From: an uncultured Alphaproteobacteria bacterium
GTDB taxonomy: Bacteria > Pseudomonadota > Alphaproteobacteria > Micropepsales > Micropepsaceae
Length of the DNA stretch: 64,000 bases
Assembly: GCA_963708555.1 (NCBI GenBank)
Contig: CAVPTF010000014.1
Coordinates: 33,123-97,122 of the forward strand
Reading direction: 5' to 3'
Part shown: positions 43,284 through 51,980 of the stretch, in pieces
Layout of the letters: each line of letters opens with the position of its first letter
Position numbering within the stretch: position 1 is the first letter of the stretch
Translations under genes and position numbers: made by a program
Notes under the pieces: model-generated
Database searches by the model: none
Told to the model about the DNA's origin: nothing
Seen by the model: the letters and a program-made list of their open reading frames with translations, nothing else

Positions 43284-46200
43284 GGGCGCGGGTGCCTTCG
43301 AGAATTTCAGCAGCATCGACGTGCCGCCGGTGAGCACGACCCTGTAATTGGTGTTGGCGGTGCCGAGATTCTCGCGCCACCAGAGATCGCGCGCGAGCTG
43401 CGGCCCGCTCAAGCCGAGCTGCTCCCAGTTCACGGCGACCGCCGTCGTGCGCGTGCCGGTGTTGAAGAACGCGACCGCGACAGAACCGTCGGCGAGCGGC
43501 TTTGCCCACACTTGCGTATCGCCCAATTGAACGATCCGCTTGCCCTGGCGCCCGAGCTTATCCTGATTGACGGCGATGACTTCACGGTTGCTCAAGAGCG
43601 CCACCGTCTCGCGCGTCATGATGCGCACGTCGTTGCCGAGCATCAGCGGCGCCGAGAGCACCGCCCAAAGATTCATTTGCATGCGCGATGCATCGGCAGA
43701 CAGTCCGGTATTGCCGATCTGGAGCAATCCGGGATCGTTCCACGCTCCCGGACCCGCCGCGTATTCCTTTCCGTTCTGGCCGAACCCCGCAGTCGCGACG
43801 GACGCCCAGCTTTCTTCCAGCTCGTTTCCGGTGCGCCACAGATTGGCGCCGGTCCTCGGCGCCCACTGCGCGACGTTGAATTGTCCCTTCTGGCTGATGC
43901 CGTAGACAATGTCGCGGCCGCTCGCGCGGAGCGCTTCGCCCATCTTCTGGAACACGGCACGCATCTCCGGTTCAGTCGGATGGAGCGTCTCGGCCCCGCA
44001 CCATTCGTGGACGACATAGTCGACACCCCATTCCGCGAAGGTGCGTGCGTCCTCTTCCTCGTGGCCGTAGCTGCCTTCCATGCCGTTGCAGCTCTTGTAT
44101 GCGGCCGATGCGGTGAGACCGAACTTCAATCCCTGCGAATGGATGAAATCGCCGAGCGCTTTCATATCGGGGAAGCGCTCGTTGGGATGCAGCACGCCTT
44201 GCGCATCGCGCGCGCCCTGCCAGCCGTCGCCGATCTCGACATAGACATAGCCCAAGAGATTGAGCCCCGACTCGACGAGGCCCTCGACGGCTTGCCGGAT
44301 CGTGGCGTCGTCGGTTCTCGACCCGAGCTTCTGCCGGCTCGACCAGCCCATCAGCGGCGTCGGTGCGAGATCGTTGGGCGAGAGGTCGCGCAACGTGGGC
44401 AAGGTCATTCTCACCTGCGGCCTCGGCGGTGCCGCTGCCGATTGCGGGATCGGAAGCGCGGAGGGCGGTGACGGCAGACGCGGCGGGGTCTGCGGTCGTG
44501 CCGCTGGAGCAGGAGCAAGCGATGCCGGTTGAAGGGGCGGTGGGCCGGCGGCCGGGATCGCGCCTTCATTGGCGCGGCGCGCTTGCAGCGTGTACACGCC
44601 GCGGCCCTCATCGAGGCTCGAGAGCTGCATCATGCCCTCAGCCACCAAGCCGCTGTAGCGGACATTCGTGTACGGCGTCCCCGGAACGACGACGGAGAAT
44701 CCGATGTCGTGTCCGACCTGCGTCACATCGAAGAGCGGTAGATCCTCCATGCCGACGCGCATCGTCGCTTTGTCTGCCGTCGAAGGACAGCGACGCCTGG
44801 ATGCTCGATGCCGAACCCGGCTGCGTGAGCTCGGCGACCCAGTTGCCTTGCAGATCCGCGGGAGGACCGGGCGTTGTTGGTGGCGGTGTCGGTGCTGCGG
44901 CCGGCGGTGGTGTTGGGGCCGGTGGCGGCGGGGGAGCTAGCGCGACCTGCGGTGCCGGTGGTGCGGCGGCAGGCGGTGGCGGCGGTGCTGCGGCCGGCGG
45001 CGGTGGTGGCGCTGGTGTTGGGGCCGGTGGCGGCGGGGGAGCGAGCGCGACCTGCGGTGCGGGTGGTGCGGCGGCAGGCGGTGGAGGCGGTGCAGCGGCC
45101 GGCGGCGGTGGTGGCGCTGGTGTTGGGGCCGGTGGCGGCGGGGGAGCGAGCGCGACCTGCGGTGCGGGTGGCGCGGCGGCAGGCGGTGGTGGCGGTGCTG
45201 CGACCGGTGGCGGCGGGGGAGCTAGCGCGACCTGCGGTGCGGGTGGTGCGGCGGCAGGCGGTGGTGGTGCCGCGGGGTGGTGTTGGGGCCGGTGGCGGCG
45301 GGGGAGTTAGCGCGACCTGCGGTGCTGCGGGCTCTGGCGGTGTGGCGGCCGGCTCCGCAGCGCGGGCCGACCGCAGGAGCGCCGCCCTGGCGCATCGCGG
45401 TGAGATTGTACGCGCCCTGTTTCTCGCCGAGTCCTGCAAGCTCCATCCGGTCGGCTTCAACCGTTCCTCGATAGATGACGGTCTCGTATGGGGTGCCGGG
45501 AACCACCAGCGAAAACGTCACTTCCGAGCCCATCTGGCGGACGTCGAACAGCGGGAATTCCTGACCCTCCGACCGCAACGATCCGGCGACGCGATCGCCC
45601 TCCCGCATGAAGTTCAGGGTCGCTGCGCTCGGTCCGATCGAACCGGGCGCGGTCTGCTCCGCATTCCAGCTTCCCTCGAGATTCGATGCCGGCGGTGGGG
45701 CAGACGGCGGCGGTGGTGCTGCGCGCGGCGCGGGAGCGGGTGCGGCGGCCGGTGCCGCTGGCTGAGCGGGCGGCGCGGCGCTGGCGACGACCGGCGGGCT
45801 CGGCGGAGGTGCTGTCTGCGTGGCCGGTCCCGCGCTTGGCGAGGTCTGCCCGAGGAGCCGGGCGACATAGTCGCCTTGGCCCGCGCCCCCTGGCGCACCC
45901 GACGCCGCCGGTGGAGGCGCTGCCGGCGCGCGCGGCGCCTGCGCTGCTTGCGCCGGCGGTGCGGCGGGAGCAGCCGGGGCCGCTGGACGCGCCGCAGCGG
46001 GGGGCGGTGCGGCTTTTGCCGCTTGAGCCTGCTGTGTGTTTTGCAAGCGGCGGGCGGTCAGTGTGTACGAGCCGTTTCCCAAATCCTGGCTCGCGACGCC
46101 AAGCTGAGTGCCTTGGATCGCGCCCGAATAGGTCAGCACGACGCCCGAATTGTCCGGAGCCGGCACGCGGAAGGAAATGATCCCGGAACTCTCGCTGATA

Positions 46201-46433
46201 TTGGACAGCGGCACTTCGGTGCCGTCGACTCGCATCGTCCCCGTCAGCGCGTCGCCGTTCCGCGCTATGACGATCGTGCCCTGTCGCCGCGGAGTTCCGC
46301 CGGGCGGAATCTGTTCCATCGTCCACGCGCCGACCAAGCCCGACGGCGCGGGCGCCGCCTGGCTGTCCGAAGCCGTCCACGCCCCGATCAGAGCGGCAAA
46401 CGCAAAGAGGACTCTCAGAGGTCTCCGGAACAT
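42996..46433 (-). pseudogene. large exported modular protein: three GxW beta-domain repeats, Pro/Ala linkers and a C-terminal GH27 alpha-galactosidase; at least 3 frame changes, 3' end doubtful
   Basis: Signal peptide MFRRPLRVLFAFAALIGAWTASDSQA. Repeated ~95-aa domains start at GLVGAWTME, LEGSWNAEQ and LQGNWVAEL. The GH27 part reads PLMGWSS...YVYVEIGDGWQG...VDYVVHEWCG...WRTGNELEESW...NDPGLLQIGN.... Frame changes are near 45375, 45270 and 44765. The linker/domain-3 frame (about 44770-45265) has no start codon and is missing from the ORF track. GH27 similarity ends near 43300, and the last ~290 nt overlap intact mltB, probably read-through. Confidence 0.7.
44875..45330. repeat. imperfect tandem repeat, 105-bp unit (about 4.5 copies), encoding a Pro/Ala-rich linker
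   Basis: The core ccggtggcggcgggggag(c/t)(t/g)agcgcgacctgcggtgc starts at 44919, 45024, 45129, 45204 and 45289, giving spacings of 105, 105, 75 and 85. On the minus strand the full unit reads APQVALAPPPPPAPTPAPPPPPAAAPPPPPAAAPP. Confidence 0.9.
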
Positions 46434-46578
46434 GCCCGCCTCATCACCGCGTCACATCGTCTGCACCCGCCGGTTCCCCCGGCACGCGAGCGGGCTACAC
46501 TCCCTCCGGGAGCTTAGCTTGGAAACTCAAAATTCGTTAGAGTGGAACTTCACAATCCAAATCTTAGGGATAACGCCC

Positions 46579-47088
46579 ATGACGATGTCCATGTATCGCG
46601 CATCCGTGCCGATCTTCCTCCAGATGTTGCCTGCGCTCTCGTCGGTTCTCGACAAAGCAGCCGCTCACGCGGCGGCGAAGAAGATCGATCCGCAGGTCTT
46701 CATCGAAGCGCGGCTCTATCCGGATATGTTCCCGTTGAACCGGCAAATCATGATCGCGACCGATTTCGCCAAGGGCGCGTGCGCGCGTCTCGCGGGTGTC
46801 GAGCCGCCGAAATACGCGGACACCGAGAAGAATTTCGACGACCTCAAAGCGCGCATCGCCAAGACGGTCGCCTTCATCAAGGAGTTCAAGCCCTCGCAGA
46901 TCGACGGTTCCGAGCAGCGCGATATCTCTCTCACGTTGGGCGGCCAGCCGCAGAAATTCAAAGGCGAGGACTATCTTACCGGCCTCGTGCTGCCGAACTT
47001 CTTCTTCCACGTGACGACGGCCTACGCGATTCTGCGGCACAACGGAGTCGAGCTCGGCAAGCAGGACTTCATGCGCGCCCCCGGTTGA
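46579..47088 (+). CDS. DUF1993 domain-containing protein
   Basis: MTMSMYRASVPIFLQMLPALSSVLDKAAAHAAAKKIDPQVFIEARLYPDMFPL...LPNFFFHVTTAYAILRHNGVELGKQDF. ATG 46579 lies within track ORF 46150..47088. Confidence 0.8.
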   Translation: MTMSMYRASVPIFLQMLPALSSVLDKAAAHAAAKKIDPQVFIEARLYPDMFPLNRQIMIATDFAKGACARLAGVEPPKYADTEKNFDDLKARIAKTVAFIKEFKPSQIDGSEQRDISLTLGGQPQKFKGEDYLTGLVLPNFFFHVTTAYAILRHNGVELGKQDFMRAPG

Positions 47089-47121
47089 GGCGGGTCCGTT
47101 CATTGCCCAAAAGCCGGGTAA

Positions 47122-47147
47122 TTTTGTAACTTTCTGTCCTTACAAAA
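47122..47147. repeat. perfect inverted repeat TTTTGTAA-N10-TTACAAAA in an AT-rich promoter region (possible operator)
   Basis: Arms at 47122-47129 and 47140-47147, about 120 nt upstream of ATG 47266. This is conspicuous in a GC-rich genome. Confidence 0.5.
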
Positions 47148-47265
47148 CTTAATTTTCCCAGCGAAATCAAAGGGAAATGGGTTCATCTCCGGTTCAGCTA
47201 CAGAATGCCACAATCCTCTCGTAGTTAAGCCTGAGCCAGACATTTCTGGGGAAAGAAGAAAAACA

Positions 47266-47784
47266 ATGAAGGCGATTGGCAAACTCGTTCTGGGCGCTCT
47301 GATGCTCGCGGGCACGGCTATTGCCGCTGCGCCTGCGGCGGAGGCTGCTGGGTACGGCGGCTATGGCCACGGCCCCGGCTGGGGACGGCCCGGCGCGCAT
47401 TTCAGCTTCGGTGCCGGACCCGCTTGGCGCGGTGGTCACTGGGTCCATGGCTGGCACGGACCCCGTCAGGGCTGGTGGTGGACGGTCGGGAACTCCTGGT
47501 ACCTCTATCCGCGCCCCGTCTACCCGTACCCGACATATGCGCCGCCCCCTTACGCCTCGGCCGATGAGTACTATCCGAACGCCCGCGGCTATGCGCAGAG
47601 TTTCGATCCCGGTCCCAATCGCAATCCGCAGCGTCCGAACTATTGGTACTTCTGCGAAAACCCGGAGGGTTATTACCCCTACGTGCAGGACTGCGATAAC
47701 TGGCAGCAAGAGCCCGCGCAGGGTGCGGTGCCTCCGGGCGACTATCCCGAATACAGCGACCCGGACTTCCGGGGCGACCAGTAA
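47266..47784 (+). CDS. secreted Gly/Trp/Tyr/Pro-rich protein of unknown function
   Basis: Signal peptide MKAIGKLVLGALMLAGTAIAAAPAAEA. W/G-rich segment HWVHGWHGPRQGWWWTVGNSWYLYPRPVYPYPTY. C-terminal motif NYWYFCENPEGYYPYVQDCDNWQQEP. Confidence 0.65.
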   Translation: MKAIGKLVLGALMLAGTAIAAAPAAEAAGYGGYGHGPGWGRPGAHFSFGAGPAWRGGHWVHGWHGPRQGWWWTVGNSWYLYPRPVYPYPTYAPPPYASADEYYPNARGYAQSFDPGPNRNPQRPNYWYFCENPEGYYPYVQDCDNWQQEPAQGAVPPGDYPEYSDPDFRGDQ

Positions 47785-47795
47785 GGAGTGCAGAG

Positions 47796-48287
47796 ATGCG
47801 TAACGTCACGATTGCCGCTTTGGCCTTGGGATCGCTGATGCTGGCGGGCTGCGCCACGACGCCGCCCGGCCCAACCGTCCGCGTCATGCCCGGCCCGTAC
47901 AAGCCGTTCGAGGTGTTCCAGCGCGATCAGTTCGAGTGCACGCGCTATGCCGAAGACATGGTCGCGGGCAATGCCGAGAACGCGAACAACCGCGCCATCG
48001 GTGCGGCGATCATCGGCGCGGGCCTTGGCCTCGCGCTGGGTGCGGCGACCGGTGACGGCAATGCGGCAACCGCGGGTTTGGTCGCCGGCGGTGCGGTCGG
48101 TGCGACCGTTGGCGCCGCCGGTTCGGACAACGAGAACTATTCGATCCAGCGCCGCTACGACATCGCCTACTCGCAATGCATGTACGCCAAGGGCAATCAG
48201 GTGCCCGGCTTCGCCCGGCCGAGAGCGGTTCCGCCGCCTCCGCCGCCGGGACGCAACGGACCGCCGCCGCCTCCGGGCAGAGGCTAG
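47796..48287 (+). CDS. glycine-zipper lipoprotein
   Basis: Lipobox LAGC after MRNVTIAALALGSLM. Gly-zipper segment AIGAAIIGAGLGLALGAATGDGNAATAGLVAGGAVGATVGAAG. Pro-rich tail. Confidence 0.7.
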   Translation: MRNVTIAALALGSLMLAGCATTPPGPTVRVMPGPYKPFEVFQRDQFECTRYAEDMVAGNAENANNRAIGAAIIGAGLGLALGAATGDGNAATAGLVAGGAVGATVGAAGSDNENYSIQRRYDIAYSQCMYAKGNQVPGFARPRAVPPPPPPGRNGPPPPPGRG

Positions 48288-48300
48288 CTCACAGCTCGAA

Positions 48301-48661
48301 TCAGCCGCCGCCGAATCGCGTCATGCATTCGGCGGCGCGCGCCGTTCGTCCAGGTCCGGACTTCATCTGCCACGCGGCCTTTGACAGCGCAGCCGCTTCA
48401 CGCCCCGCCGCACCGAAGAGCCCCGGCTCCTTGTCCATGAGGGCGAGAACCGTCCACAACGCGTTTTCCTCGCGCGTGCCGGTCGAGGGCTCCACCAGCG
48501 GATCGACGTTTCCCTCGGCCGCGATCGCGCCCGCGCAATCGACCAGCATGTCGTGAATGCTGAGTGGCGCGGTGGTCGTCTTCGCCGGACACGGTTGGCT
48601 CTTGCACCGGCTCTCCGCATGCCGCAACGGCCAGCACAAGCAGAAGAGCCCTTCCGCGCAT
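48301..48661 (-). pseudogene. small putative lipoprotein (hypothetical), one frame change
   Basis: MRGRALLLVLAVAAC (lipobox) lies in one frame (from 48661). ...PAKTTTAPLSIHDMLVDCAGAIAAEGNVDPLVEPSTGTREENALWTVLALMDKEPGLF... runs to stop 48301 in another. The junction is near 48600. Weak call. Confidence 0.35.
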
Positions 48662-48734
48662 CGACGCCACGGAGCGTCGCTTCACGCGCGTCGTAGTATA
48701 GTCGCGCATTGAGGTTCGTCGGGCGAGGGGCAAT

Positions 48735-49941
48735 TTGTCCGAGTTGAATTCCCATATCCGCATCCACGGTCCAATCGCACTCATTTGCGGCAACTCCTTG
48801 ACCTATCTTCACCACCTGCGGGAAGCGACGAACGAGCTGACCTCTGCGCCCGACCGGATCAAGCGCCGGCGCGGGAAATTCGAATTCGCGGAGTATGTCA
48901 CGAGCGCGGGTGGCCGAGCGCCGAAGACCTTCGCCTTCGTCGCCGATGGCCTCGTTCAGCACGCCGCGCCGAAGGGCTCCGACACAGTTGCGGCCTTCCT
49001 GACGAAGACGCCCGAGGGCCACTACTTCTGCAAGCCCAACAACGGACGCAACGGCATCGGTGCGTTTCGCCTCACGATTTCACCCGATGGTCCGTTGATG
49101 GACGAAGAGCCGTCGAGTTTCGCCGCCGTGGCCGAACGTCTGTCGTCGCAGGACTACGTCATTCAGGAATGGATGGCGCCGCTCCAGCATCCCGACATCG
49201 CGCGCTTCCGCAAGGGCGTGATCAACACGATGCGGCTCGTTACGTTCGACACCGACGACGGAGCGATCGCGGTCGCCGCGTCGCTGCGAATGGCGACCTC
49301 GCTCAAGAGCATCGACAGCTGGACGCAGGGCGGCATCGCTGCCGCCATAGACCTCGAGCGAGGCGTCCTCAAGCCGTTCGGGATCGTGAAAAAGGATTTC
49401 AAGTTTGTCGAAGCGCATCCGGGATCCGGTATTGCGTTCCGCGATCAAGCCCGTTCCGCATTTTCATCAGGCGGTGATGATGGCGTGTCGCATGCACAGC
49501 CAGCTCGATGGACCGAAGACGCTTGGTTGGGATATCGGCCTGCTTGAGGACGGCCCGTGTTTTCTCGAATCCAACGCTGCGTGGGACTTCCTCCTGTCGG
49601 CACTCTTCGCCCCCGATCTCGTGCCGAGATTCCTCGCGCTTCATCTGCCACCCTCCTGCGCGTCCGCTGTTCGCGTGCTGCTGACCGGAACCTTCACCGA
49701 TCGGATCACGACGTGCTGGGCGTTGGGCAGGGTCCTGGGCAAGACGATGGCAAGCGGGCGGGTCGAAGGGATGAGCCGAGGGCAGGTGCTCTTCACTCTT
49801 GGCGGAACCGAGCACGCCGTTGAAACCGCGCTCCAGGTCTTCAAGCTCAGGGGATCGGATTTCGGGGCGAGCGGGGTGAAGATCGCGCAAACCCAAGAGA
49901 AGCCTGCGCCCGGTTTCGACGCATCCGCCGCCTTCGCCTGA
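48735..49941 (+). pseudogene. sugar-transfer-associated ATP-grasp family protein with ~100-aa C-terminal extension, one frame change
   Basis: ...GHYFCKPNNGRNGIGAFRL...YVIQEWMAPLQHPDIARFRKGVINTMRLVTF...SLRMATSLKSIDSWTQGGIAAAIDLERG...HPGSGIAFRDQ | VPHFHQAVMMACRMHSQLDGPKTLGWDIGLLEDGPCFLESNA.... The frame changes near 49450. The family assignment (ATPgrasp_ST-like) is by eye. Confidence 0.6.
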
Positions 49942-49947
49942 CGCGAG

Positions 49948-51133
49948 CTACTGAATCCGCCCACCCGGAGTGAGACCGCTCGGCACGCGCGACGGGATCG
50001 TCTTGTCGAACGAGTCGTCGTTGAGCGCTTCGAGGAAGGTGATGATCGCGCCCGCCTCATCGTCGGGATCGTCGAGCTGACGCGCGAGAGGATCGACCTG
50101 GCGGCGCCCGACATTCGGATTCTCCGGCAGGTCGTCATAGAACTCGAGCACGTCGAAAAGATCGCGGAACGCGCCGCTGTGCATGTAGGGCGCGGTGAAG
50201 CGCAGATTGCGCAACGACGCGGTCCGGAACGCATAGGGCGTTTCCAGAAATGACGCGGTCCGGAACGCCTGCGGCATGTCCGCCATTCCCCGATCCGACT
50301 CCGGAAGCTGCCTGTTGTCGGGCACGCCCAGCACGTGGACTTTCCAGTCGGAGAACATCGGCCCGTTGTGGCACTTGGTGCAGCCGACACGCTCGAACCG
50401 CCGCATGCCCTCGATCTGATCCCGCGTCATCGCGCTGCGGTCGCCGCGCATATAGCGATCGAAGGGCGAGTTGTTGGCGACAAGCGATCGCCCGAACGAG
50501 GCGAGCGCCTTGCCGAGATTGGCGGCGCTGACATTCTCGTTCGCCGAAGGCTTTGCCGAACAGCGCGCGATATTCGGGGATCGCGTTCAGCCGCGCGACG
50601 ACCGTCTCGATCGCCTTGTCTTCGGGATACGCATCCCCGCGCATCTCCTCGAACGATTTGATCGGCTCCAAGGCCTGGTTCTCGAGACTCCTCACGCGCA
50701 TGTCCCAGAACATCGGCGCCGAGGCCGGCGTATACCGCCCGGTCTGGTCCACGCCGTTGAAACCGACATTCAGCATGGTCGGGCTGTTGCGCTTCACGAA
50801 CGGGATCGAGTTGGGCGACTGGAACCGGCGGCTCCTGCCGAAGCCTGTGCCGTTCACGCCGATCGAGATGTCGCGGTCTTCGGCATAGCCCGCGCGCGGA
50901 TGATGGCAGCTCGCGCACGCGACATCGCGATGGCCCGAGAGGATCGGATCCCAGAACAAGAGCTTGCCGAGCGCCACCTTGTCGGCCGTAAGCGGATTGT
51001 CCGGCGGCGCATCCACGCGCTCGGGCAGTGCGGAGAAGGGATTCTGCCCCTGGCCCTGGCTTTCGGGGGCCGGGAGGAGGAACAGCACAGCGGCCATCAG
51101 ACCGCCGGCGACAACAGTGTTTCGCTTCCCCAT
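49948..51133 (-). pseudogene. dihaem cytochrome c peroxidase (CCP/MauG family), one frame change
   Basis: A signal peptide is followed by LFWDPILSGHRDVACASCHH (haem 1). After the change near 50543 come SAANLGKALASFGRSL...RFERVGCTKCHNGPMF (haem 2) and FRTASLRNLRFTAPYMHSG. Confidence 0.8.
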
Positions 51134-51221
51134 GGCTCACAGACGCTATCGCTGCCGCCCTGGCGTCTCAAGCGTGAGACGGCCCCTAAACGCACCGATC
51201 ACCGTGATTTGTCGGACGCGC

Positions 51222-51980
51222 CTAACGGCTCGTGACCGCGCTTTCGAGGAGCGGCGCCTCGGCCGGGTCGCGCGTGTGCTCGGTCTTCGGTGCCTGGCGG
51301 CCGCTTTGATCCGCGCAGAAATTCGCGCGCCGCCATTCCTCGCGCCAGATCTCGGCATAGCCGCAGGCTGCGAAATTCTTGAAGTAGGGACCGCCGTTGG
51401 TGAAGTGCAGCAGCGATAGGTCTTCGAGCGCGCGCGGCGGATCGTAATCCACCAAATGATTCCAGCGCGCGGGCAGCGCGCCGATCTGATGATCCTCCAG
51501 CCATTTGAACTGGTGCAGCTCGAGGCCTGACGCCGTGGCCACATACTCGGGCGTCAGCGCGCTGCACGCGCCGCAATTCATCAGCATCACGCTCGACCAG
51601 TTCTTCCGCGCGTACGGGATTTGCGCCTCGCGAAGGAACTTGGCGCCTTCCTTCGGCACATGATGGTGCTGAACGCACATCAGCGCGTACTTCTCGTCGC
51701 GCAATCGCCAGAGATTGGCGACATCGTCGAGCATGACCATGTCGCAATCCATATAGATCGCCCAGCCCGTGAACCCCGCCAAATATGGCGTCAGGAAACG
51801 GCTGAAGGAGAAATCCGTCGACTGCTTGGGATCGCGCGGGCGATCGAAGATCTGTTTGAGATTGGAGAGCGCGATCGGCGCGATCGCGACCGGCTGCGAG
51901 GAGCGGCGCAGAATCGATCCCGCGAGCACATGCAGCGCGACTTCTTCGCGCGGATCGTAGCCGATGAAGATCCGGATCAT
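51222..51980 (-). CDS. GT-A fold glycosyltransferase (GT8-like)
   Basis: MIRIFIGYDPREEVALHVLAGSILRRSS...FSFSRFLTPYLAGFTGWAIYMDCDMVMLDD contains a DxD motif. Its ATG overlaps the stop of the upstream TPR-GT9 gene (ATGA). Confidence 0.7.
   Translation of the reverse strand: MIRIFIGYDPREEVALHVLAGSILRRSSQPVAIAPIALSNLKQIFDRPRDPKQSTDFSFSRFLTPYLAGFTGWAIYMDCDMVMLDDVANLWRLRDEKYALMCVQHHHVPKEGAKFLREAQIPYARKNWSSVMLMNCGACSALTPEYVATASGLELHQFKWLEDHQIGALPARWNHLVDYDPPRALEDLSLLHFTNGGPYFKNFAACGYAEIWREEWRRANFCADQSGRQAPKTEHTRDPAEAPLLESAVTSR

Noticed and set aside
44875-45330. Regularly spaced repeats that could be mistaken for a CRISPR array
   Set aside because: The units are contiguous 105-bp tandem copies with no unique spacers. 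They lie inside a coding Pro/Ala-rich linker, and no cas genes are present.
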